DNA from: Candidatus Peribacter riflensis
GTDB lineage: Bacteria; Patescibacteriota; Gracilibacteria; Peribacterales; Peribacteraceae
Reading direction: 5' to 3'
DNA: 32,000 nucleotides
NCBI GenBank assembly: GCA_001430755.1
Contig: CP013062.1
Location: 270,001 to 302,000, forward strand
Part shown: piece by piece, positions 21,462-31,097 of the stretch
Numbering within the stretch: position 1 is the stretch's first letter
Layout: the number at the start of each line of letters is the position of its first letter
Notes under the pieces: generated by a model
The model's database searches: none
What the model was told of the DNA's origin: nothing
What the model saw: the letters and a program-made list of their open reading frames with translations, nothing else
Made by a program: the position numbers and the translations under genes

Positions 21462-23132
21462 ATGCACATCCTTCTCCGTCGCATGGGCCTCTCCATGGTG
21501 AGCCTGGCGGCAGCTCTCCTGCCGGGTGTTCTCCTGGCACAGGAAACAGCTGCCCAGGCGGGCAAGAGCGTGTTCATGGTCGTGGGCATGCTTCTCATGT
21601 TCCTCGTGCTCTCGGTGCTGCTCACGCGGGTGTGGATCGGCATCGTGAACGTGTCGCTCCTCGATGTGGAGCCGCTCTCCTCGATCGAGCACCGGCACCC
21701 GTACCTGCCGTCGCTGCGCATCATTCTGGCATCTGTCGTCGGCACGGTGCTGCTGCTGATTCTCACGATCAAAACGTTCGGGACCATCGCGCCGTTCGAG
21801 GGCACCGCGGGTCTCAGGCGCGGCGTGCTTTTCGCTGCAGCGGCATTCGCCGTTGCGGGATTCGGCATCATCCGGTGGCGCCACGCCAAGGAGTACCTCT
21901 TCGCCATCATCCTCGGCACGATCCTGAGCTTCGTGCTCATCGGGTTTCAGCGCACCCTCCTCGACACGACGCAGAGTCCCGATGCTTTCTTCATGGCCCT
22001 GGGGGTCGTGGGCCTCGCTCTCGCGTGGCGGTTCCTCTTCGGCCCGTGGATCGCACACATCAAAGCCACGGTGCTCGGCACATTCATTTTCTGGGTCGGG
22101 TTCCACGTGCTGTGGCAGGAGGCCGGCATCGAGCGCACGGCGCACCTGCTGGCCATCGGCATCGCCCTCATTCCGGCGGTGATCTGGTGCGCGCTCTTTC
22201 TCAAGTACCACTGGGAGCGGATGAGCCTGGTTCTGCTCATGTTCTTCTCGGGCATGCTCTCGACTGCTCCGATCCTCTTCTACGACGCGCTCGTGCGCCG
22301 GGGCATCGAGCTCCAGTTCCTCCTCTTCCGCATCGTTCCCGAAAACTTCACACGTTCCTCCAGCGCGCTCGTCACGGGCACCATCATGGAACCCCCCTCC
22401 GTCCAGTCGACCCTGTTCTCCACCCTCATCGCATTTCTGCTGGTGGGCGTGATCGAAGAGGCGAGCAAGTACTGGGTCTTAAAGAAGAGCGGCACGGAAT
22501 TCTTTCGCAGCATCAACGACGTCATGGAGCTGGGCATCATTGTGGCGATCGGGTTTGCCTTTGCCGAGAACGTCATCAACCCCACGTACTTCGTGGGATT
22601 CGTGCGCGAGTATCTGCTGGCGCCGTCCTCGGCGGATTGGGGAGGTTTCATCGGCAATGTCGTGGGGCGCTCCATTCTCACCACAATGGTGCACATCGTG
22701 GCCACGGGCGTGCTGGGCTACTTCCTGGGGGTGGCGATCTTCGCAGAGCCGATGCTGGAAGACGCGCGACGGCAGGGTAAGACATCACTCATCTCCGGTC
22801 TGGCGTGGGTGGTGCTCCACCTGCCCGAGAAGGTCGTCTTCCGCCGCCAGATGTTCTTGACGGGCTTTACGATCGCGGTGGTTCTGCACGGGCTCTTCAA
22901 CTTCATGGTGTCGCTGCCTGATCTGTTGCCGGGCAATCCGCGCACGTTGGGTGAGCTGTTCGGGCTGGCGGACGGATCGTACCTGCATCTGGTGTCCCTC
23001 ATCCTCATCCCGTCGCTCTTCTACGTGTTGGGTGGCTTCTGGATTCTGAGCACTCTGCTCTTCTGCAATGAAAATCGTAAAGAGCACGGGCATCTCATTG
23101 TCACTGATACATTCGTGCGGATGGGATCGTAG
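21462..23132 (+). CDS. Polytopic membrane protein with C-terminal PrsW/CPBP-like intramembrane protease domain
   Basis: A signal-like N-terminus is followed by many TM segments. The C-terminal motifs are EEASKYW, FAFAENV, TTMVHIVATG and VVLHGLFNF, which resemble PrsW-family catalytic motifs. Confidence 0.75.
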   Translation: MHILLRRMGLSMVSLAAALLPGVLLAQETAAQAGKSVFMVVGMLLMFLVLSVLLTRVWIGIVNVSLLDVEPLSSIEHRHPYLPSLRIILASVVGTVLLLILTIKTFGTIAPFEGTAGLRRGVLFAAAAFAVAGFGIIRWRHAKEYLFAIILGTILSFVLIGFQRTLLDTTQSPDAFFMALGVVGLALAWRFLFGPWIAHIKATVLGTFIFWVGFHVLWQEAGIERTAHLLAIGIALIPAVIWCALFLKYHWERMSLVLLMFFSGMLSTAPILFYDALVRRGIELQFLLFRIVPENFTRSSSALVTGTIMEPPSVQSTLFSTLIAFLLVGVIEEASKYWVLKKSGTEFFRSINDVMELGIIVAIGFAFAENVINPTYFVGFVREYLLAPSSADWGGFIGNVVGRSILTTMVHIVATGVLGYFLGVAIFAEPMLEDARRQGKTSLISGLAWVVLHLPEKVVFRRQMFLTGFTIAVVLHGLFNFMVSLPDLLPGNPRTLGELFGLADGSYLHLVSLILIPSLFYVLGGFWILSTLLFCNENRKEHGHLIVTDTFVRMGS

Positions 23133-23240
23133 ACGGGACCATCGCATTGGTTGTGACGGGGAGAGAGGGTAGGTAGAATGCCTCCGCTCTCGAGACCAAG
23201 GTGCAGGTGCGCACTCTCGGGACATTCCCTCTCCTCCCTC

Positions 23241-24887
23241 ATGCGCACCCTGCGTTCTTCAGCTTCCGTTTTTCTCTCGGGCATCGGGCTTGCGCTGCTG
23301 CCGCTGGCGGCAATCGCAGCCGTGAACGTAGCGGATGTGCTGACTGTGCCCGATACCGTCCCGGTCTCGCGTGGGGAATTCATCCGCGCGGCGGTGAAGG
23401 TGCTGGGGATCACGGGCGGCGACAAAGCCGTGCTGCCGTACCGTCGTGTCCCGCGCGATCTGCAGCCGGCGGTGAAGGCGGCCTACGCCGCAGGGGCACT
23501 CGAAACGTTCGGACAAGAACTCTTTGCAGCGCAGCCGATCACGCGGGGGCAGGCGCTTGAGGTCGTGGTCGCTCTGCGGCACATGACGGCCGATCCTGCC
23601 ACAACGTATCGTGATGCGCGGTCGAGCGATCGGCTCGCCCGGGCAGTGCGGGTCGCGGTGGATCGTGGATGGATGGTGCCGCGTTCGAGCGGGATCTTCG
23701 GTGTGCAAGAGATCCTCATGGGCAAGGAGGCCCGGCTCTTCCTGCGCAAGGTGCTGGGGCAGGGGGGGGAGCAGCAGGAGAACGATACGATCCCGACGGT
23801 TGAGATCCGCTTCACGCCCAGCAAGCCACAGACGACGGGTTTGAGCAGCCTGCCCAAGGCCCAGATTCTCGATGCGCTCTGGAAGATCATTGAGGATGAT
23901 TTCCTCTACGAGGATCGTCTGAATCCGGAGGATGTTGCCTACGATGCGGCTGAATCCATTGTGAAGAGCCTCGGAGACCCGTACTCCTCATTCTACCGTC
24001 CGGCGGGGTCCCGTGCGTTCCAGTCGCGCATTCAGGGGGAGGTGTCGGGCATCGGTGCACAGGTCGAGGATCGCGAAGGAGTGCTGACCATCGTGACGCC
24101 GCTCAGCGGTTCACCGGCGGAGAAGGCGGGGCTGAAGCCCAACGATCAGATCATTGCCGTGGATGGCGTAAGCATCATGGACCTTCCGTATGAGGAAATG
24201 GTGGATAAGGTCCGCGGCCCAAAGGGGTCCGTGGCCAAGCTGCGCATCCGCCGTGGCGGAACGGAGATTGATGTGGAGGTGAAGCGCGACATCATCAAAG
24301 TGCCCGAGATCGAGATCAAGTGGCAGGAGGAAGTCGCCGTGGTGAAACTTTTGCAGTTCGGCAAGCTCTCGGAGACCGATTTGCGACCCGAGATGCGCCA
24401 TGTGCAGGAGCAGGATCCGCAGGGGATCATCCTCGATCTCAGGAATAATCCCGGAGGGCTGCTCCATGCCGCGACGATTGTGGCGAGCAACTTTCTGCCC
24501 AAGGGATCGGTGGTGACGAAGATCCGGTCCCGTTCGGGCGAACGCATGGAGAAGACGGAGGATGAGCCGACGATTGACGCCAGAGTGCCGATCGTGGTGC
24601 TCGTGAATGAGGGATCCGCCTCGGCATCCGAGATCGTGGCTGCCGCCCTGCAGGATGCCGACCGGGCGACGATCGTGGGCGAAAAGACCTTCGGCAAGGG
24701 AACGGTGCAGGAGGTGCTCGAATTCAGCGACAAATCGAGCCTGAAACTCACCATTGCCGAGTGGTTCAGCCCGCTGGGGCACAAGATCGACGGTACGGGC
24801 GTGAAGCCCGATGTCGTGGTCGCCACGGCAGAACGCGATGAGCAGATGACGAAAGCCATCGAGCTTCTGAAGCGGACGAGACGGTGA
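23241..24887 (+). CDS. ctp: C-terminal processing (tail-specific) peptidase, family S41, with N-terminal SLH-like repeats and PDZ domain
   Basis: PDZ-like segment GIGAQVEDREGVLTIVTPLSGSPAEKAGLKPNDQIIAVDG. The S41 core is ILDLRNNPGG ... VVLVNEGSASASEIVAAAL ... GEKTFGKGTVQ. The N-terminus has PITRGQALEVVVAL-type SLH-like segments. The start was chosen at 23241. Confidence 0.88.
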   Translation: MRTLRSSASVFLSGIGLALLPLAAIAAVNVADVLTVPDTVPVSRGEFIRAAVKVLGITGGDKAVLPYRRVPRDLQPAVKAAYAAGALETFGQELFAAQPITRGQALEVVVALRHMTADPATTYRDARSSDRLARAVRVAVDRGWMVPRSSGIFGVQEILMGKEARLFLRKVLGQGGEQQENDTIPTVEIRFTPSKPQTTGLSSLPKAQILDALWKIIEDDFLYEDRLNPEDVAYDAAESIVKSLGDPYSSFYRPAGSRAFQSRIQGEVSGIGAQVEDREGVLTIVTPLSGSPAEKAGLKPNDQIIAVDGVSIMDLPYEEMVDKVRGPKGSVAKLRIRRGGTEIDVEVKRDIIKVPEIEIKWQEEVAVVKLLQFGKLSETDLRPEMRHVQEQDPQGIILDLRNNPGGLLHAATIVASNFLPKGSVVTKIRSRSGERMEKTEDEPTIDARVPIVVLVNEGSASASEIVAAALQDADRATIVGEKTFGKGTVQEVLEFSDKSSLKLTIAEWFSPLGHKIDGTGVKPDVVVATAERDEQMTKAIELLKRTRR

Positions 24888-24936
24888 TGCTCCCACGTCA
24901 AAAGGACCGTCCCGCGTACACGGTGCCGCGGCCCCG

Positions 24937-27393
<2,457 letters not shown>

Positions 27394-27396
<3 letters not shown>

Positions 27397-27487
27397 GGCG
27401 TAGGGGGTAGGGCGTAGGATTAGGGCATAAAAAGAAATACGAAATTTTCGTGACCCTACGCCCTACACCCTATTCCTACGCCCTGCG
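27394..27487. terminator. Inverted TAGGGCG / CCCTACG repeat array filling the gap between convergent gyrB and hisS
   Basis: The left arm is TAGGGCG TAGGGGG TAGGGCG TAGGAT TAGGGCA (27394-27427, starting with the gyrB stop codon). An AT-rich loop has its own small stem (ACGAAATTTTCGT). The right arm is CCCTACGCCCTACACCCTATTCCTACGCCCTGCG (27454-27487), ending at the hisS stop. Confidence 0.75.
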
Positions 27488-28840
27488 TTAGTCGTCCGTC
27501 GCTCCCGCAAACTGATCCCTCAAGGTGTACGTATCCAAATTCTTTTCGCCGAGGAGCTTGATCACATGATCCACGATGCCGTCGAAGGGGACCTCCTGCT
27601 GCTGACCTTTCTTCATGTCACGGAGGATGATCGTAGAGCGTTTCACTTCCATCTTGCCGAGCAGGAGCGCGAACGTGGCCTCAAACTTATCTGCCAGGCG
27701 CATCTGGCTCTTGAGGCTCGCTTCGCCCAGCGCGCCGACGGTGTGCACACCCTTCTCGCGGAGTGCCGAGATGAGCAACAGACAATTCTTCTTGGCTTCG
27801 GGCCCCAGCTGTGCGACGAAGACATCCACCTGGTCCTTGTGCGGGGCCTGCACGCCGGCCTCCTTCATGTGCCAGATGGTCCGCTCCATCCCGCCGGCGA
27901 ACCCGACACCCGGCGTCGGCTTGCCGCCGAGGAGCTCGATCAGGCCGTCGAAACGGCCGCCGCCCCCCACCGCGTTCTGTGCGCCGGTGGATTGATCCCA
28001 GAACTCGAAGACGGTCTGCGTGTAGTAATCCAGACCGCGCACGAGGTGGATATTCGGGACGTACGAGATCCCCAGTGCATCCAGGTACTCCAGCAGGGTT
28101 GCGTGGTACTGCTTGCTCTCGTCACTGAGAAACTGTTCGAGGGTGGGCGCGCCCTTCAGCAGAACCTGGGTATCCTCCTCTTTGGAATCCAGCAGCCGGA
28201 GGGGATTGGTGTCGAGCCGGGCGCGATCGAGCTCGGGGAGGTTCCTCTCTTTGCCGATGAAGAAATCTTTCAGCGCCTGCACGTACGCGGCGCGGTTTTC
28301 GGCTGTGCCGATGTTGTTGATCTGGAGCGTGAGCCGCTCGAGGATCTTCAAGTCTGCGAAAATCTTGGTGATGACGTGGATCAGCTGCGCATCGAGGCTG
28401 GGATCTTTGAGGCCGATCACCTCCAGATCGAACTGGTGGAACTGGCGGAAGCGGCCTTTCTGGGGGCGATCGTGCCGGAAACAGGGGCCGATGGCGAAGA
28501 GCTCCACGGGCTGGGGCAACTGCTGCATGCCGTGCTCAATGTATCCGCGGCAGATGCCGGCGGTGAACTCCGGGCGCAGGGCGAACTCACTCGTCTTCTC
28601 CTCGCCCTCATCCCTGCGTTTGCCGCTTACCGTGAAGAGCTCTTTCTCCACGATGTCGGTGTGTTCGCCGATGCCGCGCTCAAAGATGCGCCGGTCCTCG
28701 AAGATGGGAGGGTCGATGCGTCTATAGCCTGCCTGGCGGCAGCGGTGACGCACAGCCTTCTTGATGTAGGTCATGTAACGCTGTTCCTCGGGGAGGATGT
28801 CGTGCGTGCCTTTTGGAGTGCGGAATTGTGGTTCTGCCAT
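27488..28840 (-). CDS. hisS: Histidine--tRNA ligase
   Basis: The translation contains PKGTHDILPEEQRYMTYI, FAIGPCFRHDRPQKGRFRQFHQFDLEVIG and GGGGRFDGLIELLGG...GFAGGMER, the class IIa HisRS motifs. Confidence 0.93.
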   Translation of the reverse strand: MAEPQFRTPKGTHDILPEEQRYMTYIKKAVRHRCRQAGYRRIDPPIFEDRRIFERGIGEHTDIVEKELFTVSGKRRDEGEEKTSEFALRPEFTAGICRGYIEHGMQQLPQPVELFAIGPCFRHDRPQKGRFRQFHQFDLEVIGLKDPSLDAQLIHVITKIFADLKILERLTLQINNIGTAENRAAYVQALKDFFIGKERNLPELDRARLDTNPLRLLDSKEEDTQVLLKGAPTLEQFLSDESKQYHATLLEYLDALGISYVPNIHLVRGLDYYTQTVFEFWDQSTGAQNAVGGGGRFDGLIELLGGKPTPGVGFAGGMERTIWHMKEAGVQAPHKDQVDVFVAQLGPEAKKNCLLLISALREKGVHTVGALGEASLKSQMRLADKFEATFALLLGKMEVKRSTIILRDMKKGQQQEVPFDGIVDHVIKLLGEKNLDTYTLRDQFAGATDD

Positions 28841-28917
28841 AACGTTAGGGAATCTTAGCAGTGCGGTACGGGCTTGAGAAGGCTTTGAAGACGGAGGGGG
28901 GGTAGACAGCCGTTCTG

Positions 28918-28952
28918 CCCGTAGCGGAGGTTCTAAGAACTTCCGCTACGGG
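28918..28952. repeat. 16-bp hairpin with 3-nt loop between the 71-codon ORF and hisS
   Basis: CCCGTAGCGGAGGTTC TAA GAACTTCCGCTACGGG, with one mismatch. No U tract follows on the minus strand. Confidence 0.65.
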
Positions 28953-28971
28953 TGGCCGGACTGTAAGAGCC

Positions 28972-29187
28972 TTATTCCTGCGTGTCCTGCGCCTCTGACT
29001 TGGTTTGCTGAAGGACGACGCCGTCGCAAGCGCGCCGGACTTCGCCGGTCGTATGGTTTACGACGACGCGTGCATGGCGCGCAGCCTCGGCCTGCTCGGC
29101 CAGCTGTTCGGGCGTGCGCCTGCCTTCGACCTGATTGACGAGGACAGTCGTACCGTCCGGGGCGGTATGGGGGAGGAGAACGACCAT
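28972..29187 (-). CDS. Possible small protein (71 aa), unknown function
   Basis: The ORF is on the same strand as hisS, directly downstream of a terminator and leader. No motif was recognised. In DNA of this GC content an ORF of this size can arise by chance. Confidence 0.35.
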   Translation of the reverse strand: MVVLLPHTAPDGTTVLVNQVEGRRTPEQLAEQAEAARHARVVVNHTTGEVRRACDGVVLQQTKSEAQDTQE

Positions 29188-29208
29188 GGGATAAAGGGGG
29201 AAAGAATA

Positions 29209-29238
29209 GAAAGAAAAAACCCTCGCGGGTGGCGAGGG
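29209..29238 (-). terminator. Intrinsic terminator (minus strand) inside a 5' leader
   Basis: Minus strand: CCCTCGC (29238-29232) CACCC GCGAGGG (29226-29220) followed by TTTTTTCTTTC. It lies 22 nt upstream of the ATG at 29187. Confidence 0.6.
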
Positions 29239-29262
29239 CTTATTCGCAAGTTGGGAAGATCT

Positions 29263-29310
29263 CTACGCCAACCTACGCCCTCGCAGCGGGTGCATCATCA
29301 TGTGCATCAT
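29263..29310 (-). CDS. Candidate leader peptide uORF MMHMMMHPLRGRRLA
   Basis: The uORF reads ATG ATG CAC ATG ATG ATG CAC CCG CTG CGA GGG CGT AGG TTG GCG TAG. It is built on a duplicated ATGATGCAC unit and contains a second copy of the terminator 3' arm, GCGAGGG (29284-29278). Confidence 0.4.
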   Translation of the reverse strand: MMHMMMHPLRGRRLA

Positions 29311-29343
29311 GCCGAAGGCGGAAGACCGCAAATTCACGGGGCA

Positions 29344-29371
29344 AGTGTAAGACGAATTTGTCTTGTGTCAA
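29344..29371 (-). promoter_or_regulatory. Possible promoter TTGACA-N16-TACACT (minus strand)
   Basis: TTGACA lies at 29371-29366 and TACACT at 29349-29344. It would start a transcript ~25 nt upstream of the uORF. Confidence 0.4.
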
Positions 29372-29487
29372 CGAGATTCCGGGGTCGGGATGCTTTTCCA
29401 TTCCCTCATGCAAGGCCAAGAGAAACACCCATACTCAGTGTGATTGAGGTGGGGAAATGTTATGCTTGCCATCCTCACCCCACTCGT

Positions 29488-30240
29488 ATGCATCCATTCG
29501 CCACCATGGGCTCCGTGCTGATCGTCGGATCTGTGCTGATGAGTGGTTGTGCGCAGAAACCGGACTTTCCTGAACCTGCAGTCATCATCGATCATCCGCT
29601 TGTTCTGCAGCGCTCTTCTTCGTCTCAGGCATTTTCTTCGAGATCATCGGTTCCCACATCCCCTTCATCGTCGCAACCGGCAAGCCTGCTCATCAAGGTG
29701 CCATTCGCACCACAGTCACCCTTTGCCGTCTGGGATCAGCTCCACGAGGAAGCATGTGAAGAGATGTCGCTCATCATGGTGCATCACTTCCTTGCGGGTA
29801 CACCGCTCAGCATGATCGATGCGGAAGCGGAGATACAGCAAATGGTGGCCTGGGAAAGGGCGCATGGCTACGCCGACGATGTGAGCGTTGCTCAATTGGG
29901 GGCAATCGCAGAGAGCCTCTACGGATATCATTTCCGTGAGCTTTCTGATGTGACGGCCGAGAGTCTCAAAAGCGAACTTGTCGCGGGGAATCCCATTATC
30001 ATTCCGGCCTTTGGTCGCGCGCTCAAAAACCCTTTCTTTAGCGGCGAAGGTCCTTTCTATCACATGCTGGTCGTCGTCGGATACGCAGGAGACGGCTTCA
30101 TTACCAACGACCCCGGCACAAAACGGGGGGAGAAATACTGGTATCAGACGGAGGTACTCATGAACGCTCTGCATGACTGGATCGGCGTCAAAGAACTGAT
30201 CGCCACCGGCCCGAAGAATGCGCTCGTCATCGAACTGTGA
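29488..30240 (+). CDS. Lipoprotein with peptidase C39-like (Peptidase_C39_2-type) domain
   Basis: The signal and lipobox-like segment is MGSVLIVGSVLMSGC, followed by a Ser-rich linker. The domain reads PFAPQSPFAVWDQLHEEACEEMSLIMV ... YHMLVVVGYAGDGFITNDPG, with the Cys...His arrangement seen in C39-like/BtrH-type domains. The start is 29488 or 29506. Confidence 0.7.
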   Translation: MHPFATMGSVLIVGSVLMSGCAQKPDFPEPAVIIDHPLVLQRSSSSQAFSSRSSVPTSPSSSQPASLLIKVPFAPQSPFAVWDQLHEEACEEMSLIMVHHFLAGTPLSMIDAEAEIQQMVAWERAHGYADDVSVAQLGAIAESLYGYHFRELSDVTAESLKSELVAGNPIIIPAFGRALKNPFFSGEGPFYHMLVVVGYAGDGFITNDPGTKRGEKYWYQTEVLMNALHDWIGVKELIATGPKNALVIEL

Positions 30241-30298
30241 TCGTGTTATCAGAACGCAGCGTAGCCCCTTGAGTATTGGCAAACGAAGAGCCTGTCGT

Positions 30299-30670
30299 TT
30301 ACACGAGGTATTTCTCCGCAATATTCCAGATCTGATCATCATCCATGTCACTTTTGATGAGGTATTCATTCACATCAAAATCATTGCATTTGATGATATT
30401 TTTCTTGTCACTCAGATTGGTGCAGACGACGACGGGAAATTTCAACTTCTTCTTTTTCCTGTGCTGCAGGACGGCGAACCCGTCGACATTCGGCATCAGC
30501 AGATCCAAGAGGAGAAGATCGGGAGGATCCTGATCGATACTGTCGATTGCCTCCTGTCCGTCACGTGCAGTGCTCACACGAACGCCGTGCTTGGCGAGCA
30601 GGCTGCGGATCATGCTCAGGAGGAATGCTTCATCCTCGGCAACGAGGACGTGTTTCTGTGGCTTGTCCAT
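30299..30670 (-). CDS. Stand-alone response regulator receiver
   Basis: The motifs are VLVAEDE, DLLLLDLLMPNVDG, VVVCTNLSD and EYLIKSDMDDDQIW. The start was chosen at MDKPQK (30670). Confidence 0.85.
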   Translation of the reverse strand: MDKPQKHVLVAEDEAFLLSMIRSLLAKHGVRVSTARDGQEAIDSIDQDPPDLLLLDLLMPNVDGFAVLQHRKKKKLKFPVVVCTNLSDKKNIIKCNDFDVNEYLIKSDMDDDQIWNIAEKYLV

Positions 30671-30728
30671 AGGTGGGAGGAGAAAAGAAAAAAATGGAAA
30701 GCGAGTCTGCTGTCTGTCGGTCGGTTCT

Positions 30729-31091
30729 CTAGCGCAGGTATCCTTCGATCGCGGGCCAGAGATCATCATCGTCCAGATCGTTCTTCACGAAGTAATTCTG
30801 CGCCTGCATTTCCTTACACTTGTCCCGCGTTTCCTTGTCGCTGAGATTGGAGAGCACGATGACGGGGCACTCCAAGCTCTTTTCCCTGATGAACCTCATG
30901 ACGCCGTGACCATCCAGCACCGGCATGAGGATATCGAGGAGAAGCAAATCCGGCACTTCCTTCTCCAGAGCCTCAACCGCCTCCTTCCCGTTATAGGTGA
31001 TCGTGACACGTATGTTGTATTTGCTCAGAACTTTTGCCATCAAATCGGCGAGAGCAGTGTCGTCTTCGGCGATGAGAACGTGTTTGCTCAT
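30729..31091 (-). CDS. Stand-alone response regulator receiver
   Basis: The motifs are VLIAEDD, DLLLLDILMPVLDG, VIVLSNLSD and NYFVKNDLDDDDLW. It starts 7 nt after the kinase stop codon. Confidence 0.88.
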   Translation of the reverse strand: MSKHVLIAEDDTALADLMAKVLSKYNIRVTITYNGKEAVEALEKEVPDLLLLDILMPVLDGHGVMRFIREKSLECPVIVLSNLSDKETRDKCKEMQAQNYFVKNDLDDDDLWPAIEGYLR

Positions 31092-31097
31092 AAAAAA

